A DNA stretch of 63,601 bases, the filler included, from Phoronis australis (lineage: Eukaryota > Animalia > Phoronida), in assembly GCA_002633005.1 (NCBI GenBank). It is 10 parts of 10 records of this genome, joined end to end, with 100 filler letters (N's around TTAATTAATTAA, not from the genome) between each part and the next. Parts side by side here need not be neighbours in the genome. Positions count along the whole stretch, not along the records: positions 21,171 to 25,552 come from NMRA01002608.1; positions 25,653 to 29,734 come from NMRA01002712.1; positions 29,835 to 35,157 come from NMRA01002364.1; positions 35,258 to 37,304 come from NMRA01003877.1; positions 37,405 to 44,205 come from NMRA01001148.1; 5 more parts are not named here. One strand, given 5' to 3'. Below are positions 24,572-38,544 of the stretch, in pieces; position 1 is the stretch's first letter; each line of letters begins with the position of its first letter. The translations under genes and the position numbers were made by a program. A model generated the notes under the pieces. It was given only the letters and a program-made list of their open reading frames with translations, searched no databases and had not been told where the DNA came from.

Positions 24572-25944
24572 CAGTGGCGGATCNNNNNNNNNNNNNNNNN
24601 NNNNNNNNNNNNNNNNNNNNNNNNNNNNNNNNNNNNNNNNNNNNNNNNNNNNCGTCTTCAGCAAAACAAAAACGGCACCGCCAGCGTGTGTAAACCCCAA
24701 GTAAACCAACTTGGAAAAAATTGAGGGGGGGGGTTCACCGTCTCTGAAAATATAGTTTTTTGCATTGTGAGTTGCTGAGTCTTTGTGGCTCATCGGCAAA
24801 ACGCGCGGGGATTTATTGTGCGCGGCTTCCGTCGACACTTCTGAAGTAGCCAAGCATTTTAGATGGATTCACCGCTGAAAGAGCAGTTCTATAGCTGATT
24901 TCTTTAGGTAACTAGCTTCTTTACTCTAAGATATATTTTGATTTGATTAGGGGAAATACTGCGGTGCCGCAACCTTGATATTCAGGCGACTTGACGTGCA
25001 CCGTTTTTACCTCATCTGTCATGCCGTGTCATTCTATTACACTCAACACGTTTGTAACTGGTGTATAGTAAAGTTTTCTTGCGCAGTATCATACCGTGTA
25101 CATGTACATGTAATATTGTGTACATGTACATGTAATATTTTTGAAAAAAAATCTTTTTCCGAAGAATTGCTATTGTAGCGGGCACCGTGGTCTGGTCGCA
25201 AGTCCGTTTGAAGACACACTCTATAACAAGTTATGTCTATCCAAGGAACGACCAAGGGGCACTCACATTGAGAAAGTGACCGCATTCGCGAAAAGTGTAC
25301 AGTACCAGAAATTGCGGGGAGGCTGGTCTTTCACAACAAAGTCTTGCGGGACTCGTGCGATGTTCAATAGGCCTCCTAAGGAGCCCTAGTTCCGACCTCA
25401 ACACCTACCGTCTGTCTACCTGCAATAAGCACACTGCCGTCTTCTGTACTGGGAATTTCCGCAGAAAGGCTCACCCGATGAAACGCTCATGCCCATGGGC
25501 ATTTATTTGATATTAGTACTTCGGGTTTCAAGCGTTCAGACATTGGGGCGTTNNNNNNNNNNNNNNNNNNNNNNNNNNNNNNNNNNNNNNNNNNNNTTAA
25601 TTAATTAANNNNNNNNNNNNNNNNNNNNNNNNNNNNNNNNNNNNNNNNNNNNAAATGTACATTTTTTGCCGTTCATGTAGCTCTATGACTTCGAGACAGG
25701 TGGCCAATACATGAACTCAAATAGTTTGAGATTCAGTGTTGGCTTACTGGCTGCGATGAGGCTCACATTTGCCGACTGGAAATAACCAGTAGTTATGTTT
25801 ACGAAAATGTGAGTCACTCTCTTTGGCTGCCGACTACCTTATATAAATTCAAGTTCAAAGTACGTCCAACGATATTCATTTCAAAAGGTATTTTTCCTAG
25901 ACAAAGTACCAACTGAAGTCCAACAAGAATAGAGACCAGGGTAG

Positions 25945-26075
25945 AGTTCAGTAACGCTAGCACCCACGCTAGGAATTCGCTAATGATCTAGCCAAAATCA
26001 CGTGCTCTCAATCAAAATACACGGCAATATCTCATGTAATCTCGTGACGTCTTGCTTTTATAGTGAGGTCCTCAG
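25945..26075 (-). mobile_element. Inverted copy of the ~150-bp CGTTCAGTAACGCT MITE
   Basis: CACGTGCTCTC..AAAATACACGGCAATATCTCATGTAATCTCGTGACGTCTTGCTTTT is the reverse complement of the body of 42932-43080. Confidence 0.7.
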
Positions 26076-29000
26076 ATCGGATTTTTTCAGGTACTGGTTT
26101 AAAGCTGGTGTAGTCCCGCGTTCCATTAAAGAAGGTAACAAACTGATTTACGTCACTTCCCATTATAAACCTGAGTTGAGTTACGTAGACGCAATAATCT
26201 CGCGTAGGAAGTTTGTGTGATCACGTGCTTCCTTATAAACATGGCGATATCTCTCTGGCTGGCGAGGGCTTGCGTGATCTGACGTTTTTGGCGGGGTTCT
26301 CGCGTCTACGGAACACACGCCTGGTCTCAGCTTGTTTCTTATTCAGGCGAGAAGTGCGGTTTCGTGGTCTTCGAAATAACTGACAGTTATGCTTGAGACA
26401 TTGCTAGGCGCATAAAATGACTCGCTGTTACAAACCAATTTGTTGAACCCAGTCTTAGGCAGTAACGAATAGCCGAATGTCTGTAAGACCAAAGATCGCC
26501 TCAAATTTGAATAAGGAACAAGATGAGATTAATTCATAACGGTAATAGTCTAAATAAAGTAAGCTATTTAACTGAAAGCGGGTTCGTGACAAATTTAAAT
26601 TCGGCCTCACCACGGAATGGTGGTTTAGCAATATTTTTAAAAGTACAGGCAATGCTGCTTTTACGTGTTACAAATTTCTGGGGTAATTGAAAGTGATGTC
26701 GACCTGCATGCAAATTAAACCACGTTGTATGAAATGACGTTTACAAAATTAAAACCACAACAAGGGGAATACATTAAGAATATTGTAATTAATATGGTAC
26801 TTCCGCTCATCCGTATTCAAAATTTCGGCTAAACGATAGAAACACGTCATTAAATGGACGCAGCTGCCATTGTTACCGCGTTAAAATATTATTTTGTAGC
26901 GGTTATTGTGTTTCAACATAGCTTATCATCTTAGAAACGAGAGAGCGAAATACCCAGATTCCAAGTTTCATTTTTGTAAAACTCGAGAAAATTGTCTAAA
27001 TTTGACTAACTTCGGATCTTCGTATCTCAGAAATGGATGATCGCATTCACGAAACTTTTTGCAAAGTTCTCCATCACGCTTTTAGACAGTCTTCTTAAAA
27101 TGTGTCACTTTTGCCTGAGGGACGAGCATAAAACAAGACTGATATAACAAAATTGAGGAAATCTTGAAAGTTGCATAGAAAACTGCAATAATGTTTCGAT
27201 GATTTCATCTCGGAACATTTATGTCGAGTGAAATTTAATCATGCTGATAATACAGTTGTTTCCGTGAATGCATTGCACACGGTCACGTGATCCAGTTAAC
27301 GACAGAATCGTATGTATGTTATAAATCTAAGTCTACAGGATTTCTGCTTTAGCCTTCTTGATATTTGCCTAAATGCACAGGCTTGTCAATAATATTTTAC
27401 ATAACCCTAACGCGTGTCTACTCATAAATATGCGAATGCTTTTTAAATGATTGATGGGTTTTAAAAATGTAGTTGTTTTGCTAAAATTGATTATATCACA
27501 TTAATATAAAGATTTTATCGTTGTTTGTCTGACGCATATCATTCTATGTGACTTGGAAGTGAACATGAGGTAACAAAAACAAAAGTAGTTCACCTCCACG
27601 TATTACAATTGTTGTACAGGCGCCTTCGACTCTGGTTGGTGTAATCCAGACACAATACAAAAATATGGACAAATAACGACTTCAAACATGAAAGAAAATA
27701 GCTTCGAAGTATCGCAGTATAAATTTTTCTTTGCTAGGATTTCTTTCAGAAACAATCATAAATTTTGAAATTTGTCACTTTTCTCAGGAAATTTTCGGTG
27801 TTTATTCATTTCATTTCATCAGTGAAAGTAATCTGGCTGCTTGCTCATTTGTAGGCATTTCCACTAACATTCATTTGAGCGATTTTGTAGTTAACTTTCC
27901 ACTAGTCATTTGCATCGACAGAAGCTTGTACTTCTCTCACTGAAAAAAAGATTTGACTTTAAAACACGCTTGCCTTCAATCCTATACATTATGTTCATGA
28001 ATCAGTGCTCACCTACTCCGCAGACCGTGGATTCTGTTAGTTACAGCGTTGGGAGGTATATAATGGCCGATGATTAGTAACATTCCCTTTCTCTTAACCA
28101 TCAAAGGAACACGTAATAACGGTAAGTTACGCTTACCAGCAAAGATTTCCTCAGGCCAATTCCAAAGCTCTCGCACGGGTTCTTACCGTAAATCAAGACC
28201 ACATCTTGCAGGGACTTTATTATTTAACCCAAAGCGGTACTTGAGACAATCAGTTCTAACCCCACTTCATGCAGAGAACGTCTGAGTGGTTATCGAACAT
28301 GCCAAAAGCTTTAATTGCTCTGCTAAGTACAATGGCCAGATTTGATTCATCAACGGGTCAAAAAATGGATACGATCTACCAGTACCTACAAATCTTTTAG
28401 ATTTAAAAATCCATTGTTTATCCATGATCTAATTCTTGTTTACATATAATGCCAGTAGCCGTTAAAGTTTCTTTTGCAACTTTAATTTGTGTACCGGAAA
28501 TTGTCGTAACTGGGTCATAGCGGATTCACGGAAATCTTTGAATGTCATGGGGCGGTGTACAAGCCAATTAAAAAAGCTCCCAGAGCGACGGGAATTACAA
28601 CGAGCAACTCGGGGTTAACATGTACCCGACCTTCATATAAGGGAGAGCAGAAAGAGGTCCAGTGAAAATTCCTTAAAATATGGTCACCCTAATTCAGGAG
28701 TTTCTTTTCCAAGTAATGGGTACGGGTGCCTCCGCAAGCTCAAAGTTCAGACCAACACGGATAATTAGGAATTCGTGAAATTGGTGAAAACCTTATCGGA
28801 AATAACACCACTTTCGCCTACTCCACCCGGTCGTACAAAAATACGCGGGCATACTGCCATTCGAGTTGGTGTAGCCGGTTCCTGCAAACCATTCGTACGT
28901 TAGAGTACCTCCGTTTCCAAACCACAAAATTCTTTTAAATTTTACCCCGGTATTTGGTCCTTTAAATGTTTGCATTTTCAGTGCTTGGGCTGAACCGGAA

Positions 29001-30374
29001 ATATTATGAGACTGGTTCTGTGAGAGTAAAAGACTCAATCCCATTATCGTTTTTAGCAAGCTAAACAGAGTAACTGTAGACGAAAAAATCACCCATGGTG
29101 AGCACTTTCTGTCGCAATGAAAGCGCCCATTTTCGTGAGTCGCACTTACGGAAATTCTATATGGACTCGTTTTTAACTGATCAACTTGGCTTACAATTTA
29201 ACACAAAGCGATTAGTCTTTTGTTGACATAAATCACCCGTGTTCACTCTCAAAGCAGTAGTTTGTAGTCAAAACAATGGTATTTTAAGTTCGGAATTGCA
29301 CATTTTTTAAAGTTAACTGTAAGCACTTAAAACTATTTTGTCTATAAAAGAATGTCAAACATGATCCGAGTGCTCAGTTATATGCGTTTTCGCTAACTAA
29401 GATAGCTTCACCTTCGATTGAAATCATTCATAAGTACCCCAGACAATACCCAGAACTGGTTAAAGTTAAATATACCTGACTGGAGCATATCATGTATTTC
29501 AAGTCCGTGCTTTCGGAGGTTGTAATAGACTTATACCTGTGTAACACGGTTTCTCCCTAATGTTGTCGTGTAGAAAGCGTCTTTACCGCATTCATTAATT
29601 GGAATTCGAAAATTCTATGAAGCATGACTACTTACCGGTGTAAAAAAATCCCAGACTTATCAGTACTTATACTTTGTGTACAGTATCGCTTTCTTCCCTT
29701 TTCAATCCTTGCGGCTTCAAAAAGACTTAATGGCNNNNNNNNNNNNNNNNNNNNNNNNNNNNNNNNNNNNNNNNNNNNTTAATTAATTAANNNNNNNNNN
29801 NNNNNNNNNNNNNNNNNNNNNNNNNNNNNNNNNNAAGAATTAATTACGAAACGTAATTTACCGTGCGTAATGTTCACCCATTTAGCCAACGATAGTTCTG
29901 AGGGCGTGGGCACGACGGGCGCCTTCATTCAGTGAACAGCCAGCTTTTCTGAGAGGCTCCATTACGGCGTTTTCCCGTTGCTCCCAACTTGTTCGATTCT
30001 ATAGCCCAACAACAAGTTGGGAAGTTTACCCCTGTAGCCAATATCTTACACGACTGATTAACTCCATTCTGGCATTTTTATATGGTTGGATGGACAGCTC
30101 TCTTTTGTTCGATAATTGCTCTAATCTCCAATAAGATCGTATCCACCCTGACTGGGCTGTGCTGTTTAAAATAAACTTGAAAGTTAAGTTATAACATATT
30201 TGAACATAAACCAATAGCATTTCTGAAATCTTCGTAAAATGGTGATCATGCTTATCGCCAAAATCGCCCAACTGCAACCGAAGTAACGACAATCTATTCT
30301 TTCCGAATTGACACCAATTCACTCTGAGTTTGACTGTGTTCACACGCTGGTCTGTAATAAACCTTGTAGATAAT

Positions 30375-30523
30375 CAGGGGCGGATCCAGGATTTTGAGTT
30401 AAGGGGGGCCAGGGCAGAGTATTAGCCAGGATTTTGCCCGTCAGACATTCGCACCCCCGTACTGCCAAATGGAATCTGGGAGAATTTTAGGAGGGCCATG
30501 GCCCCCTTCTAAATCCGCCACTG
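30375..30523 (+). mobile_element. ~150-bp MITE (CAGGGGCGGATCC...AATCCGCCACTG)
   Basis: Imperfect TIRs with TAAT on both sides (possible 4-bp TSD). A near-identical copy is at 39943-40092 and an inverted copy at ~31204-31382. Confidence 0.8.
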
Positions 30524-31203
30524 TAATTGGCCTGCTTGTTGTCATAACAGACAAAATAGTGCGGCTTGGCAGTTTGCAAAGAAGCCAGACGTTATCACAC
30601 GCTCAGAACCCCCTACGTCTGGCAAAGTCACTGAACGGGAAAACGCTGTCATGCGATATGCCATGGTTTCGTTGCCTCGCCTCGATCTGCCAACATCCTA
30701 TGGTTGTTTTGAGGTCAAGGCGAGCCTATACCTTTTCTGCTCCACCAGACACCGCCCTGGGGAATGACATCAGTGTGGTAATATAGCAGTGATCGAGTTT
30801 AGAGTGAAGTTGACTAGGCCAGCTCTCTGATCCGGACAACTTTGGCACAGCACGATGTCAGTCATAGTCGAGGGCGCGCCAGGCATTGAAGCATGACGTG
30901 GCATCTTGTCAGCAACTCGGAACTAGGTGATTTTTCACAATGATCGGCGCCCAACGACGGTGCGTCCACACGACGGCAGAGACGAACCCGCACTGACGCC
31001 GGGCTAGCGAGCTCATGCACTATGCAGTGACTCGGGTTTGGTAGAGTACGTACGTCATTACGGTAGGCGGCGGTGTAACTTCCAGCTGGTACGGCCCCTC
31101 AGTGCTCGTTGGATGAGAAAGAGTGTGATGAATCTGCAGTGAGAGTAGTAATAAAGCTCTCTCTGACTCATTTCCGGCAATTGCTCATTCCTCATCGTTC
31201 TAG

Positions 31204-31382
31204 CGAGTGGCGTACTGGCGGACGATGAGCTTTAGGACGGACGCCTCTGGGCAAGAGGATGCCATGCCCGCCAAAACTCTCACAGATTCCATTTGGAAAT
31301 TCGGGGGTGCGAATGTCTGAACGGCAAGATCCTGCCTAATACTCTAACCTCCCCCCACCTAAAAATCCTGGATCTGTCTCTG
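31204..31382 (-). mobile_element. Inverted copy of the ~150-bp CAGGGGCGGATCC MITE
   Basis: CAGATTCCATTTGG...GGGGGTGCGAATGTCTGA...AAAATCCTGGATCTG is the reverse complement of the 30375 body. Confidence 0.75.
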
Positions 31383-33585
31383 GCCGAGGAACTAAGACGT
31401 TTTGGTGTCGCCTGTGACGGACATCCGACAGACGGAGCCACAACCTGAGATCACCCAAGTTATCTCCCATGTCAAAGTAGGAACTTCAAAGCGAGACCAT
31501 CACATATTGACGAGATTTGCGTGTTGTGATGTAAGTTTGTGTAATCCAAAATTTATCGCTTTTGAGAGTGTAATCAGTGTTGTCTGCGAAAGCAGTAGAT
31601 CGTTTTTTATTGTTGGTGGTGACGAACATTTTCAGTCCATTTATCTAGCTGCTTGTACCTATCAGACAGAGTCTGAAAAAGCCAATGGTCGGATATCGTG
31701 TCGGCCATCGGCGTCAGGCAGGCTCTACTGACTGTATTAGGGTAGGGAGGACAACATTTTTCAAAACTTTTAGAAAATGTGCATGTATTATACATCATTA
31801 GAAAGCTCTTTTCGAGACTAAAATAACGATACAAAAATTTTTTAAATCGGACTTATGGTTCCGGAGAAAATGTCATTTTCGTGTCAAATTTTTTGGTAAA
31901 AATTCTGTCAAATCGAATCTGCGAGTTCAAAATATTATGATTTCAAAAATAAGAAACGTAGATAGACATGTAATACATCATTTTAAAGAACTTTTTATGA
32001 TTAATAATATGCCAAAAACCCATTTTTATTAGATGTTCCTTAACATCAGCACAGTCAACAAAGAGAAGTCACTACGTACAATTGTGCGATTTTGAATTTT
32101 CATAAAATAACAATTACTCCAGGAAAAAAACAAATAAGGTATCATTTTAAAGATTTTTTATCAGGAAAGTTGAAACTTGATAATTGATTGAGCAAATTAT
32201 TGATATTATTTGTGATACTGTTTTTAACAATCATGCAGTTTGTAACCAGCTTAACTTTGTCAAAATCAATTACATTGAATAAAAATTAAAGATAAACAAG
32301 CATCATTTCAAAAATGTATTGATGACAAGTATGATAAATAGAACATTTTAATACAAGCTTCTGAAAGACATATAATAAATAAAACTTTTACATAAACTTT
32401 CCATAACAATGTAATAAAATGAAGACCCCCATGAGCCATCCATTAATGTTCATGTTATAAAACCAACAACTGCAATATTCATAATCCTAATATTGTCTCA
32501 AGTGATATGAACACAAAAAAGAAGGAGGCTTTGACCGTGTGTCTACGAGACCCTGTCCAACTGAATAACTGACAAAATGCAAGTAGAATCAAAAGAAGCA
32601 GGAAAATAGAAGGATATAGTCCAAGAGCTAGAAGCAGAGTCTGGTGAGCAAGAAATGTGAGACATGATGATGATAGAAACTGATAAATAAGAGTGAAATT
32701 ATAAGAACAAAAATAATGAAGAAAATAACAACTGGCTTGGTCCACAGCAACTTCCAACAAAGCTTACCTGGAGGATATAGTTCAGGGTGAGATTTATGAA
32801 CAATGTAGGCAAACCTCAATTGTTCTGTTAAAAATTATATATACTGGCCCGTGGTCAGAAAAAAGTTTATCGAAAGCATGTGTTTCATAGTAGTGGACCA
32901 CAAAGTCTTGGAGACACAGGACTGTAGCAGAACTGTGCATTTGTAATATTTGTTTAATCTAAACTTAAAATATTTTCATTTTCTATCTTGACATATTCTG
33001 AATAAAATGTCATGACCAATAAGGCAAAATGGGTGTGGACCTCTCTGGCAACAAGCCAACCCAAGTCTATCAGTGGTTTGACCAACAAAAATGTGAAGCA
33101 AAATAGAAAAATAACTTTTAGTTCTCTTTCACATTGAGTTTTCATCAGGAAAAGTTGAAGTGCTTCAGTATTGTAAACCAAACATTCAATACGATTTACA
33201 GGACCACCCCTAGCGGCAGTACCCGGAACTACGAAGTGAGTCAGAAATTCGCCTGATTGTCAGAAATTGACGAAGTGTTCATTTAGAACAAGTGTTTGAA
33301 ATAGTTCATTAATGAACCCTTTAGTGCGGAATACAGTTCATTACATTCTCAAATTATGCTATATACCAATAAATTCAGATCGAAGTTGAAGGTCGCGGGA
33401 ACAGGCGACTTTTTCAACTTTTAAGTGCAGGGAAGTGAAAACTACTTACATAATCGTGTTCGCAAGGCTCCCTTTTGTTCTTTCACGAAGTTTCACGTAA
33501 AAATTTGCGAGTTTAGTCTTCTCCTGGGTTGAAAACCAAATAGCAGTCATTTTTACCGGCAGCCATTTTGGTCTGAAAAATCGGT

Positions 33586-34265
33586 GGGGTACGTTCGGAG
33601 GCACGGGTGACAGTAGATGAAGTGCCTCCACTGGCTCCAGTCACTGTACTGGCCACAGCTCGCGAGGCTCTCGCTTCAAAAACGCACTTCTCGGGGGTGG
33701 GGACGGGGCACTGCCGGGAATCAACACAAACACATCCTTCTTCAGGCGTTGTTTCACAGGTACCTTCATCAGTTCAGCCTACAAATCCCTTTCGTAATCG
33801 GACGGCAGAAAGTGCTTTCCACACAAACGGTAATTCTCCACTGCTTTCTACGTTGCGTGGCTGGGTAATGCTGCGTTCGTCACACGAACGAGCCAAGTAC
33901 GGCGAAGTGTGTCATCCATCGGAAAGCGATGCAAAGGTACTCCCAAAGCACGCGTGAGCCGCTAATTAGTACATTCCGGTACGCAGCAACAGTGTGGCAT
34001 GTTGACTGACTAGTAAATGAAAGCAAACGACGACGGAACGTCACACAACCGAGGTAGAACAATGACTGACTGGGCAGCTCTTACAGTCAGCCTATATGAA
34101 AAGAAATTGGCGCGAAATGCTTGCCTCCTAAAATGTCACTTCCGCAGTAGCGGATGAGTAATTAATAAAATTACGAAAAGCTGTAATTAAGTAGAAAATA
34201 TGTCTAGGATAACCAACCAACCTTATTTTAGCTCTAAATGACATGGAAAAAGGTTGCCTTCGCCT
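33586..34265 (-). mobile_element. Kolobok-type element family B, THAP-side half
   Basis: Terminus GGTTGCCTTCGCCT|TTAA. The minus strand at 34000-33730 reads MPHCCCVPECTN*...LHRFPMDDTLRRTWL...YRLCGKHFLPSDYERDL*AEL...RLKKD, a classic C2CH THAP domain with three stops. Confidence 0.8.
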
Positions 34266-37200
34266 TTAACTAGTTTTAACAATAGTTTATAAACTGCTAA
34301 AAGTGTGCTAACTTGTTCTTACTGTCGGACCAGTGCCCCCTCNCTTCGCCTTTAACTAGTTTTAACAATAGTTTATAAACTGCTAAAAGTGTGCTAACTT
34401 GTTCTTACTGTCGGATCAGTGCCCCCTCACCCCAAGTCCCTTAGCTGGGCTTTACTCATGAGGGGAATGTAGGCCTACGCTTTGTTTTATTATAGCTCTT
34501 ATAGTAATTTTCTGGCAAATGAATGTAATTCATAAACGTATACATTAGGAGACTGTAGGATTAGCTATGTTTAATGAGTTTTCATGCCCAGATGAAAGCG
34601 AATTGCGGTTTTAAGAAAAAAGGTAGTTCAAGAATAACAGCGGCAGTGAAAGCATGTTTCTCATTCTCAACAACCTTGGATTAACCTGCACCATTGCAAT
34701 TAGTCATTTTGAGACATTCCTTATTACTATTGTTTTACTTAAAACCATATCCTGTCACTAGGCTCAGAAGCTCATCATCAGTCATAAAACTTACTTTAAA
34801 CACTTGATGTAGCTCAGCCACCATCTTCAGTTGGTCTCCTACTGTCCTTAATGGTTTCGTCCCTAAACCAACACCATCTCTAGAAGGCGGGACAACAGAG
34901 TTGATCAGGCTCTGTCAGACGGTTGTTGATGGTATTGCTGTTAAGATATTGATGACGAAATTGTCAATAATTTCGTACTACCCACATTTGTTTGAAAAAA
35001 TGTTCAGTTTCGGTCAATTTCTTGGAAGTTAAGACAGCAAAAGATATGATTCAATTGCTTTTTTGAGGTGTTTAGAAATGCAATTGTCCCAGCACATAAT
35101 GCTAAAGCTAATCTGAACCGCTTAGGATGGGCCTCAACTGTTGGGGGTGGGGGGTTCNNNNNNNNNNNNNNNNNNNNNNNNNNNNNNNNNNNNNNNNNNN
35201 NTTAATTAATTAANNNNNNNNNNNNNNNNNNNNNNNNNNNNNNNNNNNNNNNNNNNNTATAAGGTTTTCGTGCACTTCTTTTACGTGACCGCATATTATG
35301 TGTGGAGACAGTATGGCTTGAGAAAGCCAATTGTTAAATGAATCTTTAACTGTGATATTGAAAGGCTTCACATTTTCCACCTGCCTCACTGATTAACTGT
35401 CAGTTTATCACGATTTCAATTTTCCCTGCACCAGAACGACATTGGCGTCAATACCTGGCGGTTTACAACTTATACACCCGACTAATTTCTTATACATTTA
35501 TTAGCCAGACAATATCACAAAGCCAGTCTGAGGTTGGGCTCCTTAGCTTTAGCCTTACAAATTGTAACTTGACTTGGGAAAGGGGTCTCGGGAAAGACTT
35601 TCACATGCTTTTCGTACTTCCCACAAAAGCTCTCCTGACGGTCACAGCCTGTAAATGAACAACATAGTCGGTATCTTTGTCATCGTCGTAACTCCTCGTC
35701 ATCCTTGTCGGCATAGCTCTTATATCACATCGTAGACATTATAGCCTTTGACGTTGAGATCTTCATTGATCGCGCCATTCTCTCGTCTTCTCCTTATGTC
35801 CTTTCAGTGGCGTCAGGTTTCTGTAGTAGTGCTTACGAAATGACTTCATGCTTTTCAATGCGGTGAATTCCAAATTAAATTTAATAGTAAAATAAGTTAA
35901 TGGAAGCAAACGATGTGCACGGTGGCACAGGCGTCCTTAGCTTCTGATCATAATTCTAGAAGGCCTGACACTCAAGACTAGGAATTCCACGGGACTATTT
36001 CGTAATCTTCCGTGTTGAACCGGCAATTGTCGTTATCCATCCGTAACTCATCGGGTAATTCCGTACTTGACCTTAAACCCACTCACGTAACCTGGTTCAT
36101 GGTTTGTGGAGTCCCTGTTTTGCGTAAATATATTGAGATGTGTGTTTGATATGGACGGCACCCGTGTAATTCCTAGTCCCGAATGTCAGACCATTTAGTA
36201 TTATATTTGGTGTATTGGGGACGATCAGAAGCAAACAAGGACGCCTGTGCACGGTGGTAGATTTGTACACTAAAAAAGAGTGCAGGTGGTCTGATGTTAT
36301 TTGCGTTTCATCAGACNTAGCTGTGTGACTATCAAGACTAGTGTCAAAAAACATTAAGCAACCTTATGTGTTAATCTTATACAGATTTGCACCAAGCCTC
36401 CTCAGGCTCAGAGGCTCAGGCTCCAGGGTTTAGGCACCACTATCCAACTCCAAATTGCCGTCCAACTTAGCGCTGGTAAGATAAAGCGGTCCCTGATTTA
36501 AAGAACCAGGCAATCACTAAATAACGGGACCGTTATTTAGAGAATGAAACTGGTTCTATAAATCACCGCTTATATCGGTTTATCCGCAGTGCTGTTCCAA
36601 CTCGGAAACTGCGACAACTCTGTGTCTGTACGTCAAGGAGAATGAACTCCTGCATAGCTGAGACAGACCACAGGAACAGGTCTGGATACAAAAACATTCA
36701 AGACCGAATCTGCATTAATGTCACAGCGGTTACCTGCTTTAGAGCTGGAGAAAGACTTATAGGATCTGGGCTAATTTTTAACTCGAAGGATATCATCGGC
36801 AGTCTTGGAACAGCCTCCATCTTTGTTTTTCTAGAAATATTGCGCCACCTGACGGATGTGCGTCACACCCACTTTGATCGGAATTCCGGCGGCAACAGTT
36901 CGTTGACAGCTGGGTTCCTAGATTGCAGCAACCGGGAAAGATCGAAAGGGCAACGTGCATATGAGATGTACCATCCATAAAGATGAATTTATTATTCTCT
37001 AATCCCCTACAAAAGGTATTTTTCAGAGTTACATGCAACAAAGGCCATCAATTTCGGCGAGTAGGGTAGTCTTATGAGTGAGTGGATCCCCAGGCCCTAG
37101 TAGCCAACATAAAAAAATGTTATTATGACAAGAGAATAAAGTCCACGAAAGGGTAATTCTTCTTTTGAAAGTGTCTTAACATAAATTATAAGCTATGATA

Positions 37201-37562
37201 GCCTGTAGCCAGGGGGGTTCGGGGGGTTCGATCGCACTCCCCCCCGCCGGGAAAAGGTCCAGCGCATAGGCGGATTTAGGCCCCCCCCCTTGGCTGCCGC
37301 AAAANNNNNNNNNNNNNNNNNNNNNNNNNNNNNNNNNNNNNNNNNNNNTTAATTAATTAANNNNNNNNNNNNNNNNNNNNNNNNNNNNNNNNNNNNNNNN
37401 NNNNTCAAAAGTAGGTGCTTTACCAGTCAGTCCCAGGCGCCCATATCCCCATTGGTGAATCGTGTTTCAGCCGTGGATAAATACCAGTTTCAGTGATAAA
37501 ACTGGGATTTTTTTGCATTATAGCAAATCACTCAAAAAGTGTTAGGTCTCTGATTATTTGTA

Positions 37563-37750
37563 GACTGTGTGGCTCAGTGGTTTGAGCTCGTGAGACTCAG
37601 GTTCGAATCCTGGGTTTCACTGGCATGCAATTGAGCATTGAACAAAATTGTCTCTTACTTCTCCGGGACTGAGCGGGGTGTTACTAGTGAGTGTATGCGA
37701 GGGAATGAATGAGAACCACTTTGGAACAATCGACTGTGATGTGTAAAGAA
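37563..37750 (+). mobile_element. tRNA-derived SINE (3' boundary approximate)
   Basis: Pol III A box TGGCTCAGTGG (37570-37580) and B box GGTTCGAATCC (37600-37610). There is no full cloverleaf and the spacing is shortened. Confidence 0.65.
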
Positions 37751-38544
37751 GAGGGTGAGAGAATTGCAATTTTATAATTTAGACTTTCTCACCACGGTGC
37801 TGGGGGAGGGCATAATTCTATAGGTTATAGAACAAGTCATTTCATTTTCGTATGCAAGTCAACTCGGACCTATATCAATCTACACGTGTGTTCCAAAACA
37901 GTTTTATTTTGTAAGGCGATGCTTGAAATGGAATCAACCATTCCATGTCGATGTACATTGACCCAATGTTGCCATTATTTATAAATGAAATATGGTACAT
38001 GGCTTGGTAACGAGTCGACTTGGGTAGGAACCGCCTGGTAAAGTTTCTATAGAGTAAAGAGAGCATACCATTGGATTGGTGATTGCCCATATAGCATATC
38101 AAGAAGTTTTAATGTATACTGTAATATTTAAAATATGGGCGACCCTTTGAGTGGCAACACTGCTTTTCAAGTTGGTTTGCCCAATTGTCATTGTCTAGTT
38201 TGATTAATGGTATGTGAGTGCCGATAGGATTCAGATTGGGAGAACAGGTCTCACGACTACATACAAAACAGTCCCTTCCATCAATGAATCAAGGCAACTA
38301 CCTTTTGTCTTAGGGTCAGCTAAAAAATCAAACAACCAATATCCATTACTATATCCCCCGGGCATGATCTACCACTGCCTTAGGTGTAGCCACTATTCAT
38401 TTGTATGAAAAGTAAATATCTTTACTTTATATTATCAATTTGTACAAAAAATAAATAGGTTGTGATGTTCCAATCAATTTTCCTGAAAACTGAAGTCGTA
38501 TGCAGACCCCTCAATTTGGTAGAGGCACTCTTGGTAAATGAAGC

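Noticed and set aside
26242-26346. Candidate signal-peptide exon of the carboxypeptidase (MAISLWLARACVI*...LVSYSG)
   Set aside because: It has an in-frame TGA, only a GC donor, and lies 18 kb and several gaps away from the first clear exon.
34258-34428. ~85-bp tandem duplication including a second copy of the Kolobok B terminus
   Set aside because: Near-identical copies are joined at a single N (34343), so this is probably an assembly artefact.
37563-37640. tRNA gene
   Set aside because: A and B boxes are present, but the anticodon arm region is too short and no acceptor stem forms. It is treated as a SINE head.
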